A stretch of DNA of 64,000 nucleotides from an uncultured Symbiopectobacterium sp. (GCA_964293225.1 CAXYYB010000008.1:12407-76406); one strand, 5' to 3'. Positions 9,335 through 24,100 are shown, counted from the stretch's first letter. Translations and numbers: made by a program. The notes: a model not told the origin generated them from the letters alone.

Positions 9335-10678
9335 TTATTGCAGACCGAGTTTTTTCTCCAGATAGTGGATATTGGTTCCACCGTGCTGGAAGTTCTCGTC
9401 GTTCATAATCTTCAACTGCAACTCAATGTTGGTTTTAATACCATCAATGATCAGTTCCGCCAAGGCGTTTTTCATTCGGGAAATCGCGATATCGCGGCTT
9501 TCACCGTAAGTGATCAACTTGCCGATCATGGAATCGTAGTACGGCGGCACGGTGTAGCCCGCGTAAATGTGCGATTCCCAGCGTACGCCAAAACCGCCCG
9601 GTGCGTGGAAACGGGTGATCTTGCCCGGACTCGGCAGGAAGGTGTTGGGATCTTCGGCGTTGATACGGCATTCCACCGCATGACCGCGCACGTTGACCTC
9701 TTCCTGTTTGATCGACAACGGCTGACCGGCAGCGATGCGCAGCTGCTCTTTGATCAGATCGACGCCAGTGATCATCTCCGTTACCGGGTGCTCAACCTGA
9801 ATACGGGTGTTCATCTCGATAAAGTAGAACTCACCGTTTTCAAACAGGAATTCGAACGTACCGGCACCGCGATAGCCGATATCCACACAGGCTTTCGCGC
9901 AGCGATCGCCAATATAGCGACGCAAATCCGCCGTGATGCCCGGTGCTGGCGCTTCTTCCACCACTTTCTGGTGACGACGCTGCATGGAGCAGTCGCGTTC
10001 TGCCAGATAGATAGCGTTGCCCTGACCGTCAGCCAAGACCTGAATTTCCACGTGACGCGGATTTTCCAGGTATTTTTCCATATACACCATGTCGTTATTG
10101 AAAGCGGCTTTCGCTTCCGCACGGGTCATGAGGATGGATTGTTCCAGATCTTTCTCGCTGCGCACGACGCGCATGCCGCGACCGCCGCCGCCGCCAGAAG
10201 CTTTGATAATCACCGGGTAGCCGATGCGTTTACCAAAGGCGCGGTTCTTGTCCATGTCGTCGCCCAACGGGCCGTCAGAACCCGGTACGCACGGCACGCC
10301 CGCTTTTTTCATGGCGGAAATGGCAGAGACTTTGTCACCCATCAGGCGAATGGTGTCTGCACGCGGACCAATGAAGATAAAGCCGGAGCGTTCAATCTGC
10401 TCGGCGAAATCCGCATTCTCGGACAAAAAGCCGTAGCCGGGGTGGATTGCCACAGAGCCGGTGATTTCCGCAGCGGAAATGATCGCCGGGATATTCAGGT
10501 AGCTTTTGGTCGACGGAGCCGGGCCGATACATACGGTCTCATCCGCCAGCAGCACATGTTTCAGATCGCGGTCAGCGGTGGAGTGAACGGCAACGGTTTT
10601 GATGCCCAGTTCCTTACAGGCGCGCAAAATACGCAGCGCAATCTCCCCGCGGTTCGCGATAACGATTTTATCTAGCAT
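9335..10678 (-). CDS. accC: acetyl-CoA carboxylase, biotin carboxylase subunit
   Basis: 447 aa: [33 protein letters not shown]..., ATP-grasp fold, downstream of accB. Confidence 0.98.
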   Translation of the reverse strand: MLDKIVIANRGEIALRILRACKELGIKTVAVHSTADRDLKHVLLADETVCIGPAPSTKSYLNIPAIISAAEITGSVAIHPGYGFLSENADFAEQIERSGFIFIGPRADTIRLMGDKVSAISAMKKAGVPCVPGSDGPLGDDMDKNRAFGKRIGYPVIIKASGGGGGRGMRVVRSEKDLEQSILMTRAEAKAAFNNDMVYMEKYLENPRHVEIQVLADGQGNAIYLAERDCSMQRRHQKVVEEAPAPGITADLRRYIGDRCAKACVDIGYRGAGTFEFLFENGEFYFIEMNTRIQVEHPVTEMITGVDLIKEQLRIAAGQPLSIKQEEVNVRGHAVECRINAEDPNTFLPSPGKITRFHAPGGFGVRWESHIYAGYTVPPYYDSMIGKLITYGESRDIAISRMKNALAELIIDGIKTNIELQLKIMNDENFQHGGTNIHYLEKKLGLQ

Positions 10679-10707
10679 GGTAAGCCTCGTTATTCGATGA
10701 CAACCGG

Positions 10708-11178
10708 TTATTCAATGACAACCAAAGGCTCATCAAACTCTACCGGTTGGCCGTTTTCAACCAGCACGGCTTTCACCACGCCTGCTTTATCGGCTTCGAT
10801 TTGGTTCATCATTTTCATGGCTTCAACGATGCACAAGGTATCGCCGACGTTAACGCGTTGTCCCACTTCAACGAATGCCTTGGCATCCGGGCTCGGGGTA
10901 CGGTAGAACGTACCGACCATGGGAGAGCGAACGGTGTGACCGCTCACGGCAGCCGGTGCAGCGGCAACGGCGGCTTCCGGCGCAGGAGCTACAGCGGTTG
11001 CCAACGCCGGTGCAGGTTGCTGCATCATGGGCGCATAGGCTTGCTGCATCATCGGGTAGCTCGGTGCTACCGGCGCACGACTGATACGTACTGATTCTTC
11101 ACCTTCTGAAATTTCCAGTTCGGCGATGCCGGATTCTTCAACCAGTTCGATCAGTTTCTTGATTTTACGAATATCCAT
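10708..11178 (-). CDS. accB: acetyl-CoA carboxylase, biotin carboxyl carrier protein
   Basis: 156 aa counted from [18 protein letters not shown], with an Ala/Pro linker and the biotinylation motif EAMKMMN. Confidence 0.97.
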   Translation of the reverse strand: MDIRKIKKLIELVEESGIAELEISEGEESVRISRAPVAPSYPMMQQAYAPMMQQPAPALATAVAPAPEAAVAAAPAAVSGHTVRSPMVGTFYRTPSPDAKAFVEVGQRVNVGDTLCIVEAMKMMNQIEADKAGVVKAVLVENGQPVEFDEPLVVIE

Positions 11179-11216
11179 GGATGTGGTTCCGTACTCATTT
11201 GTTGAAATGGGTTTAT

Positions 11217-11669
11217 TTAGTTTGACGTGGACAAGCGTTTTACCGCCGTCTGTAACGCATAGCCATATCCATCCGCGCCCAGGCCGCAAATCACACCTAC
11301 CGCCACATCAGACAGGTAAGAGTGATGACGGAACGGCTCGCGAGCGTGCACGTTGCTCAGATGGATCTCAATAAACGGAATTTCCACGGCCAGCAGCGCA
11401 TCACGTAATGCTACGCTGGTGTGGGTAAATGCCGCCGGGTTAATTAAAATAAAATCCGTATTGCCGCGTGCCTGATGAATCGTCTCTATCAGTACATGCT
11501 CTGCATTGGATTGGACATGGGAGAAGTGTACATTGAGCGCCTGCGCCTGATGTTCCAGACCGCTGACGATCTCAGCAAGCGTAGTGCTGCCGTACTTCTC
11601 TGGCTCACGGGTTCCCAGCAGATTCAGGTTGGGACCGTTCAAAAGCAAAATGTGAAATCTCTCTGCCAT
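11217..11669 (-). CDS. aroQ: 3-dehydroquinate dehydratase, type II
   Basis: 150 aa counted from [27 protein letters not shown]. Confidence 0.95.
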   Translation of the reverse strand: MAERFHILLLNGPNLNLLGTREPEKYGSTTLAEIVSGLEHQAQALNVHFSHVQSNAEHVLIETIHQARGNTDFILINPAAFTHTSVALRDALLAVEIPFIEIHLSNVHAREPFRHHSYLSDVAVGVICGLGADGYGYALQTAVKRLSTSN

Positions 11670-11899
11670 TGTGCCGCTATCTCCCGCGATACACCCAGTT
11701 TGTAGAAAAACGTGTCGCACAACATAGCGCGAAGCACATCGTTTGTCACCTTTTGGCAACGTAAATTGTTCACCGGGCGATAAGGTCGGGCATTATAACC
11801 ATATCGTGGCAATTAGCAGCTAAATACTGGTCTTATCTCCGCAAATGGCTTTGACGCCCCCGCCGCGCGCGGCGTTGCGCCACTGACGCTTTCCCGATA

Positions 11900-12499
11900 T
11901 CAACGCCACCACTGGCGGAACTTTTTGTAACGCAGTGCTAACAAGAACAGTGCACTTAGCCCATAGATCACGGGCTGTGGCGATAAGATTTTTACCGACC
12001 ATAAATAATGAATGGGCGCGAGAACCGCGATGACATAGATAAGGTTGTGTATGCGTTGCCAGTTTTTGCCAAGCGTGCGTTGTGCCGCCTGAAACGAGGT
12101 TAGCGTCAGGGTTAGCAATAGCAGCCAACCGAGCGCGCCCAGCGTCAGGTAAGGGCGGTTAATCAGTTCCTGGCCCAACAACGCGAGGTTGTCGAGCCCC
12201 AGTTCCAACAGCGCATAGCTGGTCAGATGCAGCGTGGCCCAGGCAAAACACCACAGGCCGAGCAAGCGGCGACAGCGGATCAGCAGAGGCTGTTTGCCGT
12301 AGCGCGCCAACGGTGTCACCATCAGCGTTGCCAGCAGCAGTTTGAGCGCCATTCTCCCGGTAAAATGCTGGATATCTTTGGCCGGATCGGCGCTTAATGC
12401 TCCGTGTTGAAGGGCATAAAACAGCCACAGCAGCGGTAACGCAGCGGCAGCATGCAAGATGATTTTTAGCCAGAACACCTGGCGGAGTGTCAGACGCAT
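11900..12499 (-). CDS. msrQ: protein-methionine-sulfoxide reductase heme-binding subunit
   Basis: 199-aa polytopic YedZ-type protein placed immediately after msrP. Confidence 0.9.
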   Translation of the reverse strand: MRLTLRQVFWLKIILHAAAALPLLWLFYALQHGALSADPAKDIQHFTGRMALKLLLATLMVTPLARYGKQPLLIRCRRLLGLWCFAWATLHLTSYALLELGLDNLALLGQELINRPYLTLGALGWLLLLTLTLTSFQAAQRTLGKNWQRIHNLIYVIAVLAPIHYLWSVKILSPQPVIYGLSALFLLALRYKKFRQWWR

Positions 12500-13513
12500 T
12501 CAGAAATTATCCCGCAAGTTCAGACCGCGATACAGGTGCGCCACCTGCTCTGCATAGCCGTTAAACAGCAGCGTCGGTTGGCGCTGAACGTTAAGCAATC
12601 CGCCTGCACCAATCACCCGTTCACTGGCCTGCGACCAGCGCGGGTGGTCAACATCCGGATTCACATTGGCATAAAAACCATATTCATTGGGGGCTGCCAG
12701 ATTCCAGGTTGAAGGCGGTCGTTCGCGGGTAAAGCGGATTTTCACGATGGATTTGATGTTCTTGAATCCGTATTTCCACGGTGTCACCAGCCGGATGGGC
12801 GCGCCGTTCTGCGGGGGCAGGGTTTTGCCATAGACGCCCAGTGCCAGCAGGGTCAAGGGATGTAACGCCTCTTCCAGGGTTAAGCCTTCTACATAAGGAT
12901 AGTCAAGCCCGCCACCGAGAAAGCGATCTTTCTGCCCCGGCATCTGTTCGGGATCGTGCAGGGTTTGAAAGGCAACATAGCGCGCGGCGCTGGTTGGCTC
13001 TACGAACTGAATCAGTTTTGCCAGAGGAAATCCCACCCAGGGAATCACCATTGACCAGGCCTCGACGCAGCGAAAGCGATAGATGCGCTCTTCCAGCGGA
13101 AAGCGCTTGATAATGTCGTCGATATCCAGCGTGACGGGCTTGGCGATTTCCCCTTCTATTTGTATCTTCCAGCCCTCAGTACGCAACCCGCCGGCATTGG
13201 CGGCCGGGTCGGCTTTATCCAGCCCGAATTCATAGAAGTTGTTATAGCCGGTGACCTTGTCCTCGGGTGTCAACGTGAGTGACGTTGGCGCATTGGATTC
13301 CGGTGTGAAGGTGAGCGGTGTGGGCGGCGGTGCCGTCGGTTTTTTTTTGCCGCCTGTGAGCCAGTCCAGCACATCCGCCTGTGCGCTAAGCGGCAGGCTC
13401 AGCGAGGCGGCAGCGATGCCCAGCGCTTTCATCACGGCGCGGCGCTGGTGAAAAATCCCCTCAGGGGTAACGTCGGCGGCGCTCGGTTGGCGTTGACGGT
13501 AAGAGTCAGACAT
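12500..13513 (-). CDS. msrP: protein-methionine-sulfoxide reductase catalytic (molybdopterin) subunit
   Basis: 337 aa with a Tat-type leader ([23 protein letters not shown]) and a YedY-type oxidoreductase body. Confidence 0.92.
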   Translation of the reverse strand: MSDSYRQRQPSAADVTPEGIFHQRRAVMKALGIAAASLSLPLSAQADVLDWLTGGKKKPTAPPPTPLTFTPESNAPTSLTLTPEDKVTGYNNFYEFGLDKADPAANAGGLRTEGWKIQIEGEIAKPVTLDIDDIIKRFPLEERIYRFRCVEAWSMVIPWVGFPLAKLIQFVEPTSAARYVAFQTLHDPEQMPGQKDRFLGGGLDYPYVEGLTLEEALHPLTLLALGVYGKTLPPQNGAPIRLVTPWKYGFKNIKSIVKIRFTRERPPSTWNLAAPNEYGFYANVNPDVDHPRWSQASERVIGAGGLLNVQRQPTLLFNGYAEQVAHLYRGLNLRDNF

Positions 13514-13798
13514 GATGATGCTCCACGGGGTACGACGACTGAGTACAGTAAGTATGGAAGATAAGACGGTTCGAGCAAAAAAGAGTTCATTGCAGAGTGT
13601 TGCACGACCCGCCTAAAGGGAAACTGGCGGTCGTTATCGGTGGCGTTTACGCCACGATCGCAATGTGATTGTGACCGGAGAGGAAAAGTCGGGGAAAATC
13701 CTTTAGTGTCTATATTTGTAACAGGTAGTATGAACAACAGTGGTGAATACGGCGCGGGGGTATGACCTCGTGCGGCGAGAGGATGCAGGGATGGGCGA

Positions 13799-15733
13799 AT
13801 GACGAAATTTTCTTCATTGATGACGGTGGTGCTGGTCGTCGTCATATCCCTGCTGTTTATCATAGGGTTAATCACCATTGTTGATGATAATCTACAGCAG
13901 GTTGATCACCAGCTTCACGCTATCGCGACCAGTATCGATCAGGCGCTGTTGGTGCAACCTCCTGAACGGTTACGCTTTTGGCTGCCCTCAATGATGAAGG
14001 CGGCGGGGGTCGTGTTGCTGGAGATCCGCGACCTCGATCAAAACCTGCAATATTCGCTGCGACTGCCGGAACTGATGAGCGCAGAAGACGATTATGTGCA
14101 CCATGTGATGCAACTGCCGTTGATGCAAAACGCCGACTTTCGCGTCAACCTGACTTATCTGGATCCCTTTTTCGGCTCGCCGCGCTGGATTTTCTCCACC
14201 ATCGCTATGGTGGTGGCGATGGCGTGTATGCCCGCGTTGCTGGTGTTTGCCTTACGGCGCTTTCGCCGTAAGGTAGCAGGGCACGAACAGTTGGAGACGC
14301 GCGCAAACCGCATTCTGCGCGGTGAACGCGAATCGGTGGCGCGCGGTTCGGTACGCGAATGGCCCGATAGCGCCAGCGGTGCGTTCGATCAGTTGCTGTC
14401 GGATCTTGCCGACGCGCGGGAAGAACGCAGCCGACTGGATACGCTGATTCGCGCGTTTGCCGCCCAGGATGCGGAAACCGGATTAAGCAATCGCCTGTTT
14501 TTCGATAACCAGCTCACCACACAGTTGGAAGACGCAGAAAATGTCGGCACCCACGGTGTGGTAATGATGATTCGCCTGCCGGATTTCGATACCTTGCAGG
14601 AAACGCATCGCTATGCCAATGAACTGCGTGAGTACCGCAATACGCTGGTCAATATGTTGTCGACCTTTGTCATGCGTTACCCTTCCGCGCTGCTGGCTCG
14701 TTATTTCAACAGTGATTTTGCTGTGCTGCTGCCGCACCGTTCGCTGAAAGAAGCGGATATTATTGCGGCGCAGTTAGTTAAAGCGCTGGATATTCTGCCC
14801 ATCACGCCGCTTATCGATCGTGAAGATGTACTGCATATCGGCATTTGTGCCTATGCCAGCGGGCAGAGTTCTGAGCAGGTGATGGAGAGCGTGGAGGATG
14901 CTACGCGCAATGCGGTATTGCAGGGCGGAAACGGCTGGTGCGTATTTGACAGGCAAGTACCTGACAAGGGGCGCGGCAGCGTGAAATGGCGCACATTGCT
15001 GGAGCGGACGCTGGCAAAAGGTGGCCCGCATTTGTACCAAAAACCGGCGGTGACGCGCGATGGCGTGGTGCATCATCGGGAAATCATGCCGCGTATTACC
15101 GATGGTGATCAGGTTCTGCTGGCCGCCGAATATATGCCGCTGGTGCAGCAACTGGGGCTGACGCCCAATTATGACCGGCTGCTGGTGTCACAAATCATCG
15201 CGCTGTCTGCTTCCTGGCCGCAAGAGACGCTGGCGATGCCCGTCAATGTGGATTCGCTGTTGCAGCGTCCTTTCTGGCGTTGGCTACAAGAAGTGCTATT
15301 GCAATGTCCGAAACAGCAGCGTCAACGCATATTGTTTGAACTTGCTGAGTCTGATGTGTGTCAGTATATCGAGCGCTTGCGTCCTATTTTGAATACGTTG
15401 GTGGGGTTGGGGTGTCGGTTGGCGGTGACGCAAGCCGGGCTGACCTTGGTCAGCACGACCTATATCAGAACGTTACAGGTGGAAGTCATCAAGTTGCATC
15501 CAGGTCTGGTGCGCCGTTTTGAACGCAGGACAGAAAATCAGCTTTTTGTACAAAGCCTGATAGAGGCCTGCAAGGGAACGTCTGCCAACGTGTTTGCCGC
15601 AGGCGTCAGAACTCAGGAAGAGTGGAATACGCTAGCGAGTCGCGGTGTTTACGGTGGCCAGGGGGATTTTTTCGCGGCGTCTATCCCTGTCAGCGATGAG
15701 TTGAAAAAATATTCACCTCGGCATCGTGTTTAG
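13799..15733 (+). CDS. csrD: RNase E specificity factor CsrD (degenerate GGDEF-EAL protein)
   Basis: 644 aa with an N-terminal TM segment followed by GGDEF-like and EAL-like domains. It sits in the conserved position upstream of mreB. Confidence 0.9.
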   Translation: MTKFSSLMTVVLVVVISLLFIIGLITIVDDNLQQVDHQLHAIATSIDQALLVQPPERLRFWLPSMMKAAGVVLLEIRDLDQNLQYSLRLPELMSAEDDYVHHVMQLPLMQNADFRVNLTYLDPFFGSPRWIFSTIAMVVAMACMPALLVFALRRFRRKVAGHEQLETRANRILRGERESVARGSVREWPDSASGAFDQLLSDLADAREERSRLDTLIRAFAAQDAETGLSNRLFFDNQLTTQLEDAENVGTHGVVMMIRLPDFDTLQETHRYANELREYRNTLVNMLSTFVMRYPSALLARYFNSDFAVLLPHRSLKEADIIAAQLVKALDILPITPLIDREDVLHIGICAYASGQSSEQVMESVEDATRNAVLQGGNGWCVFDRQVPDKGRGSVKWRTLLERTLAKGGPHLYQKPAVTRDGVVHHREIMPRITDGDQVLLAAEYMPLVQQLGLTPNYDRLLVSQIIALSASWPQETLAMPVNVDSLLQRPFWRWLQEVLLQCPKQQRQRILFELAESDVCQYIERLRPILNTLVGLGCRLAVTQAGLTLVSTTYIRTLQVEVIKLHPGLVRRFERRTENQLFVQSLIEACKGTSANVFAAGVRTQEEWNTLASRGVYGGQGDFFAASIPVSDELKKYSPRHRV

Positions 15734-15933
15734 GGTGAATGTCGCAGGTAAATTGACGTAGAATGCGTGGTTTATAAATCGGTTAGTGTGTGCTTATTGC
15801 ATGGGCTGGCCGATAAAATGTTAGATTTTGTGTCCTGTGTTGATGCCATCCGATTGCGTGAAAAAGCGGTAACTCGCTTTACTGCACAAAGAAATACCGC
15901 CCCGGTCGTTTTTCAGGGGAACGTGATGCGTAA

Positions 15934-17094
<1,161 letters not shown>

Positions 17095-17112
17095 GAGTGC
17101 CGAATAAAAGGA

Positions 17113-17173
17113 AGGGGAACCGTATGGGGAAACAGCGTTGTTTTTCATCCCGTAGGGTAGCCCCTCTTTTTTT
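17113..17173 (+). terminator. imperfect hairpin plus T7 tract after mreB (attenuator/terminator-like)
   Basis: AGGGG..ACC..TATGGGG (17113-17129) can pair with TCCCGTA..GGT..CCCCT (17148-17165), and this is followed by TTTTTTT at 17167-17173. Confidence 0.5.
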
Positions 17174-17345
17174 ATTCTGTGGCGAGTCGTTTTCACGGGT
17201 ATCGCCATTAGCGTAATTCCCTACGCCCGACGCCCCTCTGCCCCAGCGTTTCTGCGGGCATGACGGCGGTGAATAACATGAATGGTCTCTTTAGTATTGA
17301 GCGTGTCGGGCGTTCTTTATTCGCGTTGAGGAATACGCAACCTTT

Positions 17346-18422
17346 ATGAAGCCGATTTTTAGCAGGGGACCTTCCCTGCAATTGCGACTTTTTCTTGCCG
17401 TCTTCACGGCGATGGCGATCATTATCGCCGACAGCCGCTTGGGGACGTTTCTCAAGATCCGTACCTATATGGATACGGCGGTCAGCCCGTTCTATTTTCT
17501 CGCCAACGGGCCGCGTGAAGTATTAGATAATGTCTCTGAATCGCTGGCGACCAAAAATCAGCTGGCGCTGGAAAACCGAGCGTTACGCCAGGAACTGCAA
17601 CTGCGTAACAGCGATCTTCTGCTGCTCGGCCAATTGAAACAGGAAAATGCGCGTCTGCGCGAACTGTTGGGATCGCCGCTGCGTCAGGATGAGCAGAAGA
17701 TGGTGACGCAGGTAATTTCCGCAGGCACAGACCCCTATAGCGATCAGGTCGTGATTGATAAAGGGGCGGCGCACGGAGTCTACGAAGGGCAACCGGTTAT
17801 CAGTGATAAAGGGGTGGTCGGGCAGGTTATTGCGGTCGGTCAGTTGACCAGCCGTGTGTTGCTGATCTGCGATGTTTCCCATGCGTTGCCGATTCAGGTG
17901 CTGCGCAATGATATTCGCGTGATTGCTGCCGGTAATGGCTGCACTGACGCTCTGCAACTGGAGCATTTGCCCAACAACACCGATATTCGCGTCGGCGATG
18001 TGTTGGTGACATCCGGGCTGGGCGGTCGTTTCCCTGAAGGGTATCCAGTGGGCGTCGTCTCCGAAGTGAAAGTGGATACGCAACGCGCCTACACCGTTAT
18101 CAAGGCACATCCTACCGCCGGTCTGCAACGTTTACGCTATTTGCTGCTGTTGTGGGGCGTCGACGACGTTTCGGGCAAAGGCTTGCCACCGCAAGAAGTG
18201 CACCGCGTCGCCAACGAACGCTTGATGCAGATGATGCCGCAGGTTTTGCCATCCCCCGATGAAATGGGCCCGCCCGCACCGCCTGCGGCTGCCGCACCTG
18301 CCGCGCCGTCGCAGGGCAATGCACAGCCGAAAAACGCCCCTGCGCGCAGTACGTCTCAAGGTCAGCAACCTCAACGTAATACGCCGCCTGCGGCTACGCC
18401 AACACAGGGAGGACGCCAATGA
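17346..18422 (+). CDS. mreC: rod-shape-determining protein MreC
   Basis: 358 aa with an N-terminal TM segment, a coiled coil, beta domains and a Pro/Ala/Gln-rich tail. The stop overlaps the mreD start. Confidence 0.95.
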   Translation: MKPIFSRGPSLQLRLFLAVFTAMAIIIADSRLGTFLKIRTYMDTAVSPFYFLANGPREVLDNVSESLATKNQLALENRALRQELQLRNSDLLLLGQLKQENARLRELLGSPLRQDEQKMVTQVISAGTDPYSDQVVIDKGAAHGVYEGQPVISDKGVVGQVIAVGQLTSRVLLICDVSHALPIQVLRNDIRVIAAGNGCTDALQLEHLPNNTDIRVGDVLVTSGLGGRFPEGYPVGVVSEVKVDTQRAYTVIKAHPTAGLQRLRYLLLLWGVDDVSGKGLPPQEVHRVANERLMQMMPQVLPSPDEMGPPAPPAAAAPAAPSQGNAQPKNAPARSTSQGQQPQRNTPPAATPTQGGRQ

Positions 18423-18907
18423 ACCGCTATCGCCGTCACGGCAACTGGATCATCTGGTTATCGTTCCTGATCGCCATGGTGCTGCAAATCATGCCGTGGC
18501 CGGATCAGTTCTATCACTTCCGGCCATCGTGGCTCTCATTGTTTCTTATTTATTGGGTAATGGCGTTACCGCATCGGGTCAACGTCGGCACCGGTTTTGT
18601 GCTGGGAATGGTGATGGATCTGATTTTAGGATCCACGCTCGGCGTGAGAGCGCTGGCGCTCAGCATTGTCGCCTACCTGGTGGCCTTCAAGTTTCAACTG
18701 TTCCGCAATATGGCGCTCTGGCAACAAGCCCTGATCGTCATGGTGCTCTCGCTGGTGATGGATCTGATTGTCTTCTGGGCGGAATTCCTGGTAAGCAATG
18801 TGTCGTTCAGGCCAGAAAATTTGTGGAACTGTGTGGTCGATGGCGTGTTGTGGCCTTGGCTCTTCCTGTTGATGCGCAAAATTCGCCGTCAGTTCACAGT
18901 ACAATAA
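18419..18907 (+). CDS. mreD: rod-shape-determining protein MreD
   Basis: 162-aa polytopic protein with a 4-nt overlap with mreC. Confidence 0.93.
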   Translation: MNRYRRHGNWIIWLSFLIAMVLQIMPWPDQFYHFRPSWLSLFLIYWVMALPHRVNVGTGFVLGMVMDLILGSTLGVRALALSIVAYLVAFKFQLFRNMALWQQALIVMVLSLVMDLIVFWAEFLVSNVSFRPENLWNCVVDGVLWPWLFLLMRKIRRQFTVQ

Positions 18908-18978
18908 TCAATAAGGGCGTAGTCCTTAACCGGGGCGCCTACAGTAAAATACGTAGCGTGGCTACGTAGTGAGGATAT

Positions 18979-19572
18979 ATGACTGCGCTCTATCTGGCCT
19001 CTGGTTCACCGCGCCGCCGCGAACTGCTTACGTTGCTGGACATCCCTTTTGAAGTGCTGAGGGTTGATGTTATCGAGCAGCGGGCAGCGCATGAAACGGC
19101 AGAGCGCTATGTGCGCCGCTTGGCGCAAGATAAAGCGCAGGCTGGGGTTGCTGCCGCACCGCAGGATTTGCCGGTGTTGGGGGCCGATACCATCGTAGTG
19201 CTGGAAGGTCAGGTATTGGAAAAACCGCGTGACGAAGCTCATGCGGCACGCATTTTATCGATACTTTCAGGGCGACAGCATCAGGTGATGACTGCGGTCA
19301 CGTTGGCCGATCGTCGCACCCAGTGCAGTGCGCTGGTGGTGACCGACGTGACGTTTCGCGCGCTGACGCCGCAGGACATTAGCCACTACGTTGCTAGCGG
19401 CGAGCCGATGGATAAAGCGGGAGCCTACGGCATTCAGGGTAAAGGCGGCTGTTTCGTCAAGACGATTGCCGGCAGCTACCATGCGGTTGTCGGGCTGCCG
19501 CTGGTGGAAACCCATGAATTGTATAATCAGATTGTCGCGTTACGCACGGCAGGAGCAGAAAATGACAGCTGA
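18979..19572 (+). CDS. yhdE: Maf-family dTTP/UTP pyrophosphatase
   Basis: 197 aa: [17 protein letters not shown]...[10 protein letters not shown]... Confidence 0.93.
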   Translation: MTALYLASGSPRRRELLTLLDIPFEVLRVDVIEQRAAHETAERYVRRLAQDKAQAGVAAAPQDLPVLGADTIVVLEGQVLEKPRDEAHAARILSILSGRQHQVMTAVTLADRRTQCSALVVTDVTFRALTPQDISHYVASGEPMDKAGAYGIQGKGGCFVKTIAGSYHAVVGLPLVETHELYNQIVALRTAGAENDS

Positions 19573-21031
19573 GTTACTGGTCAACGTGACGCCGTCGGAA
19601 ACGCGCGTTGCCTACATTGACGGCGGAATACTGCAAGAGATCCACATTGAGCGTGAAGCGAAACGCGGCATCGTGGGCAATATCTATAAAGGCCGTGTCA
19701 GCCGGGTATTGCCGGGCATGCAGGCCGCGTTCGTGGATATCGGGCTGGATAAAGCGGCGTTCTTGCACGCGTCAGACATTATGCCCCACACCGAATGCGT
19801 GGCTGGGGAAGAGCAGAAAAACTTCCACGTGCGCGATATTGCTGAACTGGTGCGCCAAGGGCAGGACTTGATGGTGCAAGTGGTGAAAGACCCGCTCGGC
19901 ACCAAAGGTGCCCGACTGACCACCGATATTACGCTGCCATCGCGCTATCTGGTTTTCATGCCCGGCGCGGCCCACGTTGGGGTTTCACAGCGTATTGAAA
20001 GTGAAGTGGAACGTGAACGCCTGAAGAAAATCGTCAGCGAATACTGCGACGAGCAGGGCGGGTTTATTATCCGCACAGCGGCAGAAGGGATTGGGGAAGA
20101 TGAGCTTTCTTCTGACGCCGCGTTCCTTAAACGCCTGTGGACCAAAGTCAGTGAGCGTAAAAAACGTAATCAGACCAAATGCAAACTGTATGGTGAAGTG
20201 GCGCTGGCACAGCGTATCCTGCGTGATTTTGCCGGTGCGGCCTTGGATCGCATCCGCATCGACTCGCGCCTGACCTATGACGCGCTGCTGGAGTTCACCA
20301 CGGACTATATTCCAGAAACCACCAATAAGCTGGAGCATTACGCCGGACGTCAGCCGATTTTCGATCTCTATGACGTGGAGAATGAAATTCAGCGCTCGCT
20401 GGACAGAAAGGTTGAGTTGAAGTCTGGTGGCTACCTGATCATCGATCAAACTGAGGCGATGACGACGATAGACATCAATACCGGGGCCTTTGTCGGTCAT
20501 CGCAATCTGGATGAGACCATTTTTAACACCAATATTGAAGCGACGCAGGCCATTGCCCGCCAACTGCGGCTTCGCAACCTGGGTGGTATTATCATTATCG
20601 ATTTCATCGACATGAGTAATGAGGACCACCGTCGTCGGGTGCTGCACTCTCTGGAGCAGGCGCTCGCCAAAGATCGGGTTAAAACCAGTATTAATGGTTT
20701 TTCTCAACTAGGATTAGTGGAGATGACGCGCAAGCGCACCCGTGAGAGCATTGAACATGTGCTGTGTCATCAGTGCCCGACCTGCCATGGTCGCGGCCGG
20801 GTGAAAAGCGTCGAGACGGTTTGCTATGAAATCATGCGTGAAATTGTGCGGGTGCACCATGCCTATGACACCGATCGCTTCCTGGTATACGCATCGCCGG
20901 CGGTGGCTGAGGTATTGAAAAGCGAAGAATCTCATGCCCTGGCGGAAGTGGAAATCTTTGTCGGTAAACAGGTCAAGGTGCAGATTGAGCCGTTGTACAG
21001 TCAGGAACAGTTTGATGTGGTGATGATGTAA
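19562..21031 (+). CDS. rng: ribonuclease G
   Basis: 489 aa counted from [35 protein letters not shown] 19562 overlaps the end of yhdE. Confidence 0.96.
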   Translation: MTAELLVNVTPSETRVAYIDGGILQEIHIEREAKRGIVGNIYKGRVSRVLPGMQAAFVDIGLDKAAFLHASDIMPHTECVAGEEQKNFHVRDIAELVRQGQDLMVQVVKDPLGTKGARLTTDITLPSRYLVFMPGAAHVGVSQRIESEVERERLKKIVSEYCDEQGGFIIRTAAEGIGEDELSSDAAFLKRLWTKVSERKKRNQTKCKLYGEVALAQRILRDFAGAALDRIRIDSRLTYDALLEFTTDYIPETTNKLEHYAGRQPIFDLYDVENEIQRSLDRKVELKSGGYLIIDQTEAMTTIDINTGAFVGHRNLDETIFNTNIEATQAIARQLRLRNLGGIIIIDFIDMSNEDHRRRVLHSLEQALAKDRVKTSINGFSQLGLVEMTRKRTRESIEHVLCHQCPTCHGRGRVKSVETVCYEIMREIVRVHHAYDTDRFLVYASPAVAEVLKSEESHALAEVEIFVGKQVKVQIEPLYSQEQFDVVMM

Positions 21032-21103
21032 TCCCTATGTCGATGATAAACCGAACAGAATGACTTCCCCGCGTCGCCTGCGACGAAGATCAAGGAGAAT
21101 AGT

Positions 21104-24100
21104 GTGAGGCGACTGCCCGGCCTACTGCTGATGACGGGTGCTACGATGATTGTTGTCGTGGCGCTGATCGTCAGTGGTTTACGATTAGCGATGCCGCAGC
21201 TCGATCGTTTTCGGCCGCAAATCATGGCGTGGGTGACGTCGACGACGGGTGTCGCGGTTGACGCGCAACGCCTTACTGGCAGTTGGGCCTCTTTTGGACC
21301 GACGCTTTCCATCGATGGTCTGACGAGCGAGTCGCCTGCTGCACGCTGGCAGGCAGAGCGCATCACGCTTGCGCTGGATGTGTGGCAGTCATTGCTGCAT
21401 GCGCGCTGGCAGTTTCGCGATCTGACGTTTCACCGCATGCACCTGACGCTGGATGCGACATTGACCGGTCAACGGGCTGACGGTAGCCTGATCGAAACCG
21501 ATCGTCTAAGTACATTGTTCCTTCAACAGTTCGATCACTTCGATCTGCGCGACAGTCGCCTCTCTTTCCTCACGCCTTCTGGCGATCGTGCTGAACTTGC
21601 CATCCCGCAATTGACTTGGTTGAACCGCAACAACCGACACCGCGCCGAAGGGCAAATCAGTCTGTCGAGTTTCACTGGGCAGCACGGTGTGGTGCAGGTA
21701 CGCATGGATTTGCAGGCCATTCAGGGCCATCTGAATGACGGCACGGTGTACCTACAGGCTGACAATATGGATATGAAGCCCTGGATCAGCCGATGGCTAA
21801 AAAATAATACCGGACTGGAGAGCGCCAATTTCAATCTGGCGGCCTGGTTGCAAGTGCGCAGCGGAGCGCTGGTTGCCAGCGATGTCTTTTTGGCCCAGGG
21901 CTCGGCCGCCTGGAAAGAAGGAGACACTACCCATCGTCTGAGCGTAGACGAGCTAGCACTGCACGCCACGAGGGAAAGCGAGGGCTGGCAGGTTGCCGTC
22001 CCTGTCCTGAACCTGGCAACGGACGGCGTTGCCTGGCCGAAGGGGAGTCTGGCCGCGAGCTGGATACCCGCACCGTCGGCAGAGCAGCAAGATATGCTGC
22101 GGGTGCGCGCCAGTGAGTTGAGTCTGGCGCGATTGCGCTCTTTGTTACCGCTGCTGTCCACCGCCACGCCTGAGCTTAAAACGCGCTGGGAGGCGCTGCA
22201 ACCGGAAGGGCTTCTGACACAACTGGCCCTTGATATTCCCTTAAAACAACCGGAAAAAAGTCGTTTTCAAGCGGCATGGCGCGATCTGCGCTGGAAAGCG
22301 TGGGAATGGTTACCGGGCGGCGAAAAGCTGGCTGGTACGCTGAGTGGCAGCGTTGAGCGTGGGCGCGTGACGTTTGCCTTGCCACAAAGTGAACTCCCCA
22401 GCGGCAATCAGTTCCGTGCACCGTTTGAGATTCAGCAGGCAAACGGTGCTGTTGATTGGAGCAATGCTGCCGACGGCTGGGAAGTGTGGAGTAAAGGACT
22501 GAATGTACAAGCACGTGCGCTACAGGCTCAGGGCGATTTTCAATACCGTCATCCGGTGAATGGGGAGCCGCGTCTGGATATTCTGGCGGGCATTCGGCTG
22601 ACCGATGCCTCTGAAGCCTGGCGTTACTTCCCGGAGCCGCTGATGGGCACGCAACTGGTGAACTACCTGACTGGCGCGTTAAAAGGGGGGCATGTCGACA
22701 ACGCCACGCTGGTTTTTGCCGGTAACCCGGCGCATTTCCCTTTTGAGCATAACGAAGGCCAGTTTCAAGTATGGGTGCCGCTGCGCGCAGCGACCTTTGA
22801 GTTTGAACCCGGTTGGCCCGCGCTGTCACCGCTGGATATCGATCTCAATTTTGCCAACAATGGCCTGTGGATGTCCGCGCCATCAACGCAGTTGGGGAAT
22901 GTCTCTGGCAGAAACATTCTTGCCGCCATCCCCGACTACAGTAAAGAAAAGTTACTGATCGATGGTGAACTTCAAGGGGAAGGGCCTGATGTTGGGCACT
23001 ATTTTGAACACACGCCGCTTAAAGACAGCGTGGGGAGCGCGTTAAAGCAACTGCAAATTGGCGGTAGCGTCAATGGTACGTTGCACCTTGATATCCCCCT
23101 GGCGCACGGTGAAGTGGAGGCCAGTGGCGATATTCAACTCAGTAACAATAGCCTGTATATCAAACCGCTGAATAGCACGTTGAAGCAGCTCAAAGGGCGT
23201 TTCCATTATCGCAATGGTACCCTGAACAGCGATGATATTGCGGCTAACTGGTTAGGGCAGCCTGTCACGTTCAGTTTCAACACCGAAGAGCAGGAAAAAG
23301 CCTTTCTGGTCAAGGTAGGGCTGAACGGCGAATGGGCACCCGCGCAATTCCCCGGGCTGCCAAAAGCCGTACAAACCGCCCTGTCGGGAACCGCCGCCTG
23401 GCGTAGCGATGTGAGGGTGAATCTGCCCTATAAAGGCGCGGAGACTTATGAGGTCAGCGTCGATGCCGACTTAAAAAATGTAAGTACTCGCTTACCTGAG
23501 CCTTTCAATAAGACGCAGGGAACGGCGGTACCGCTCAAGATTGCTGCCAAAGGGGATCTCAAGGGGTTTGCGCTTTCGGGGAGCTTGGGAAAATCCGCAC
23601 AGTTTAACAGCCAGTGGCTGCTGCACGGCGATGCGCTGACGCTCGCGCGAGCGGTGTGGCAACAAGATGCCCAAACGCAGCCCGCGCTGCCGGAACAGCC
23701 TGAACTGGTGTTGATGCTACCCGCGCTGGATGCGGAGCGCTGGTTGGGATTACTGCCCGCCCTGCGTGGCGATACGACCTTGCGCAAAGGGGCACAAAAC
23801 AATCTCCATGTGCCGGAAAGCGTGACGCTACGTACGCCTGCGCTGCAACTGCTCGGCCAACAGTGGCATGACGTGGTACTCAATAGCCGTAATACGCCGC
23901 AGGGCAATGAAATTCACACTACCGGACGTGAGATTGATGCCAACTTGACGGTGCCACAGAACGGCATGTGGCGCGCGGATATTCGCTATCTCTATTACAA
24001 TCCGCAGTGGAAAGGGGATGAAGCAACCAACCCCGTGGCGCTGGCGGAGAAAAAATCACCGCTTAATGACCCTAGCATCCGCTTTGAAGACTGGCCCGCG

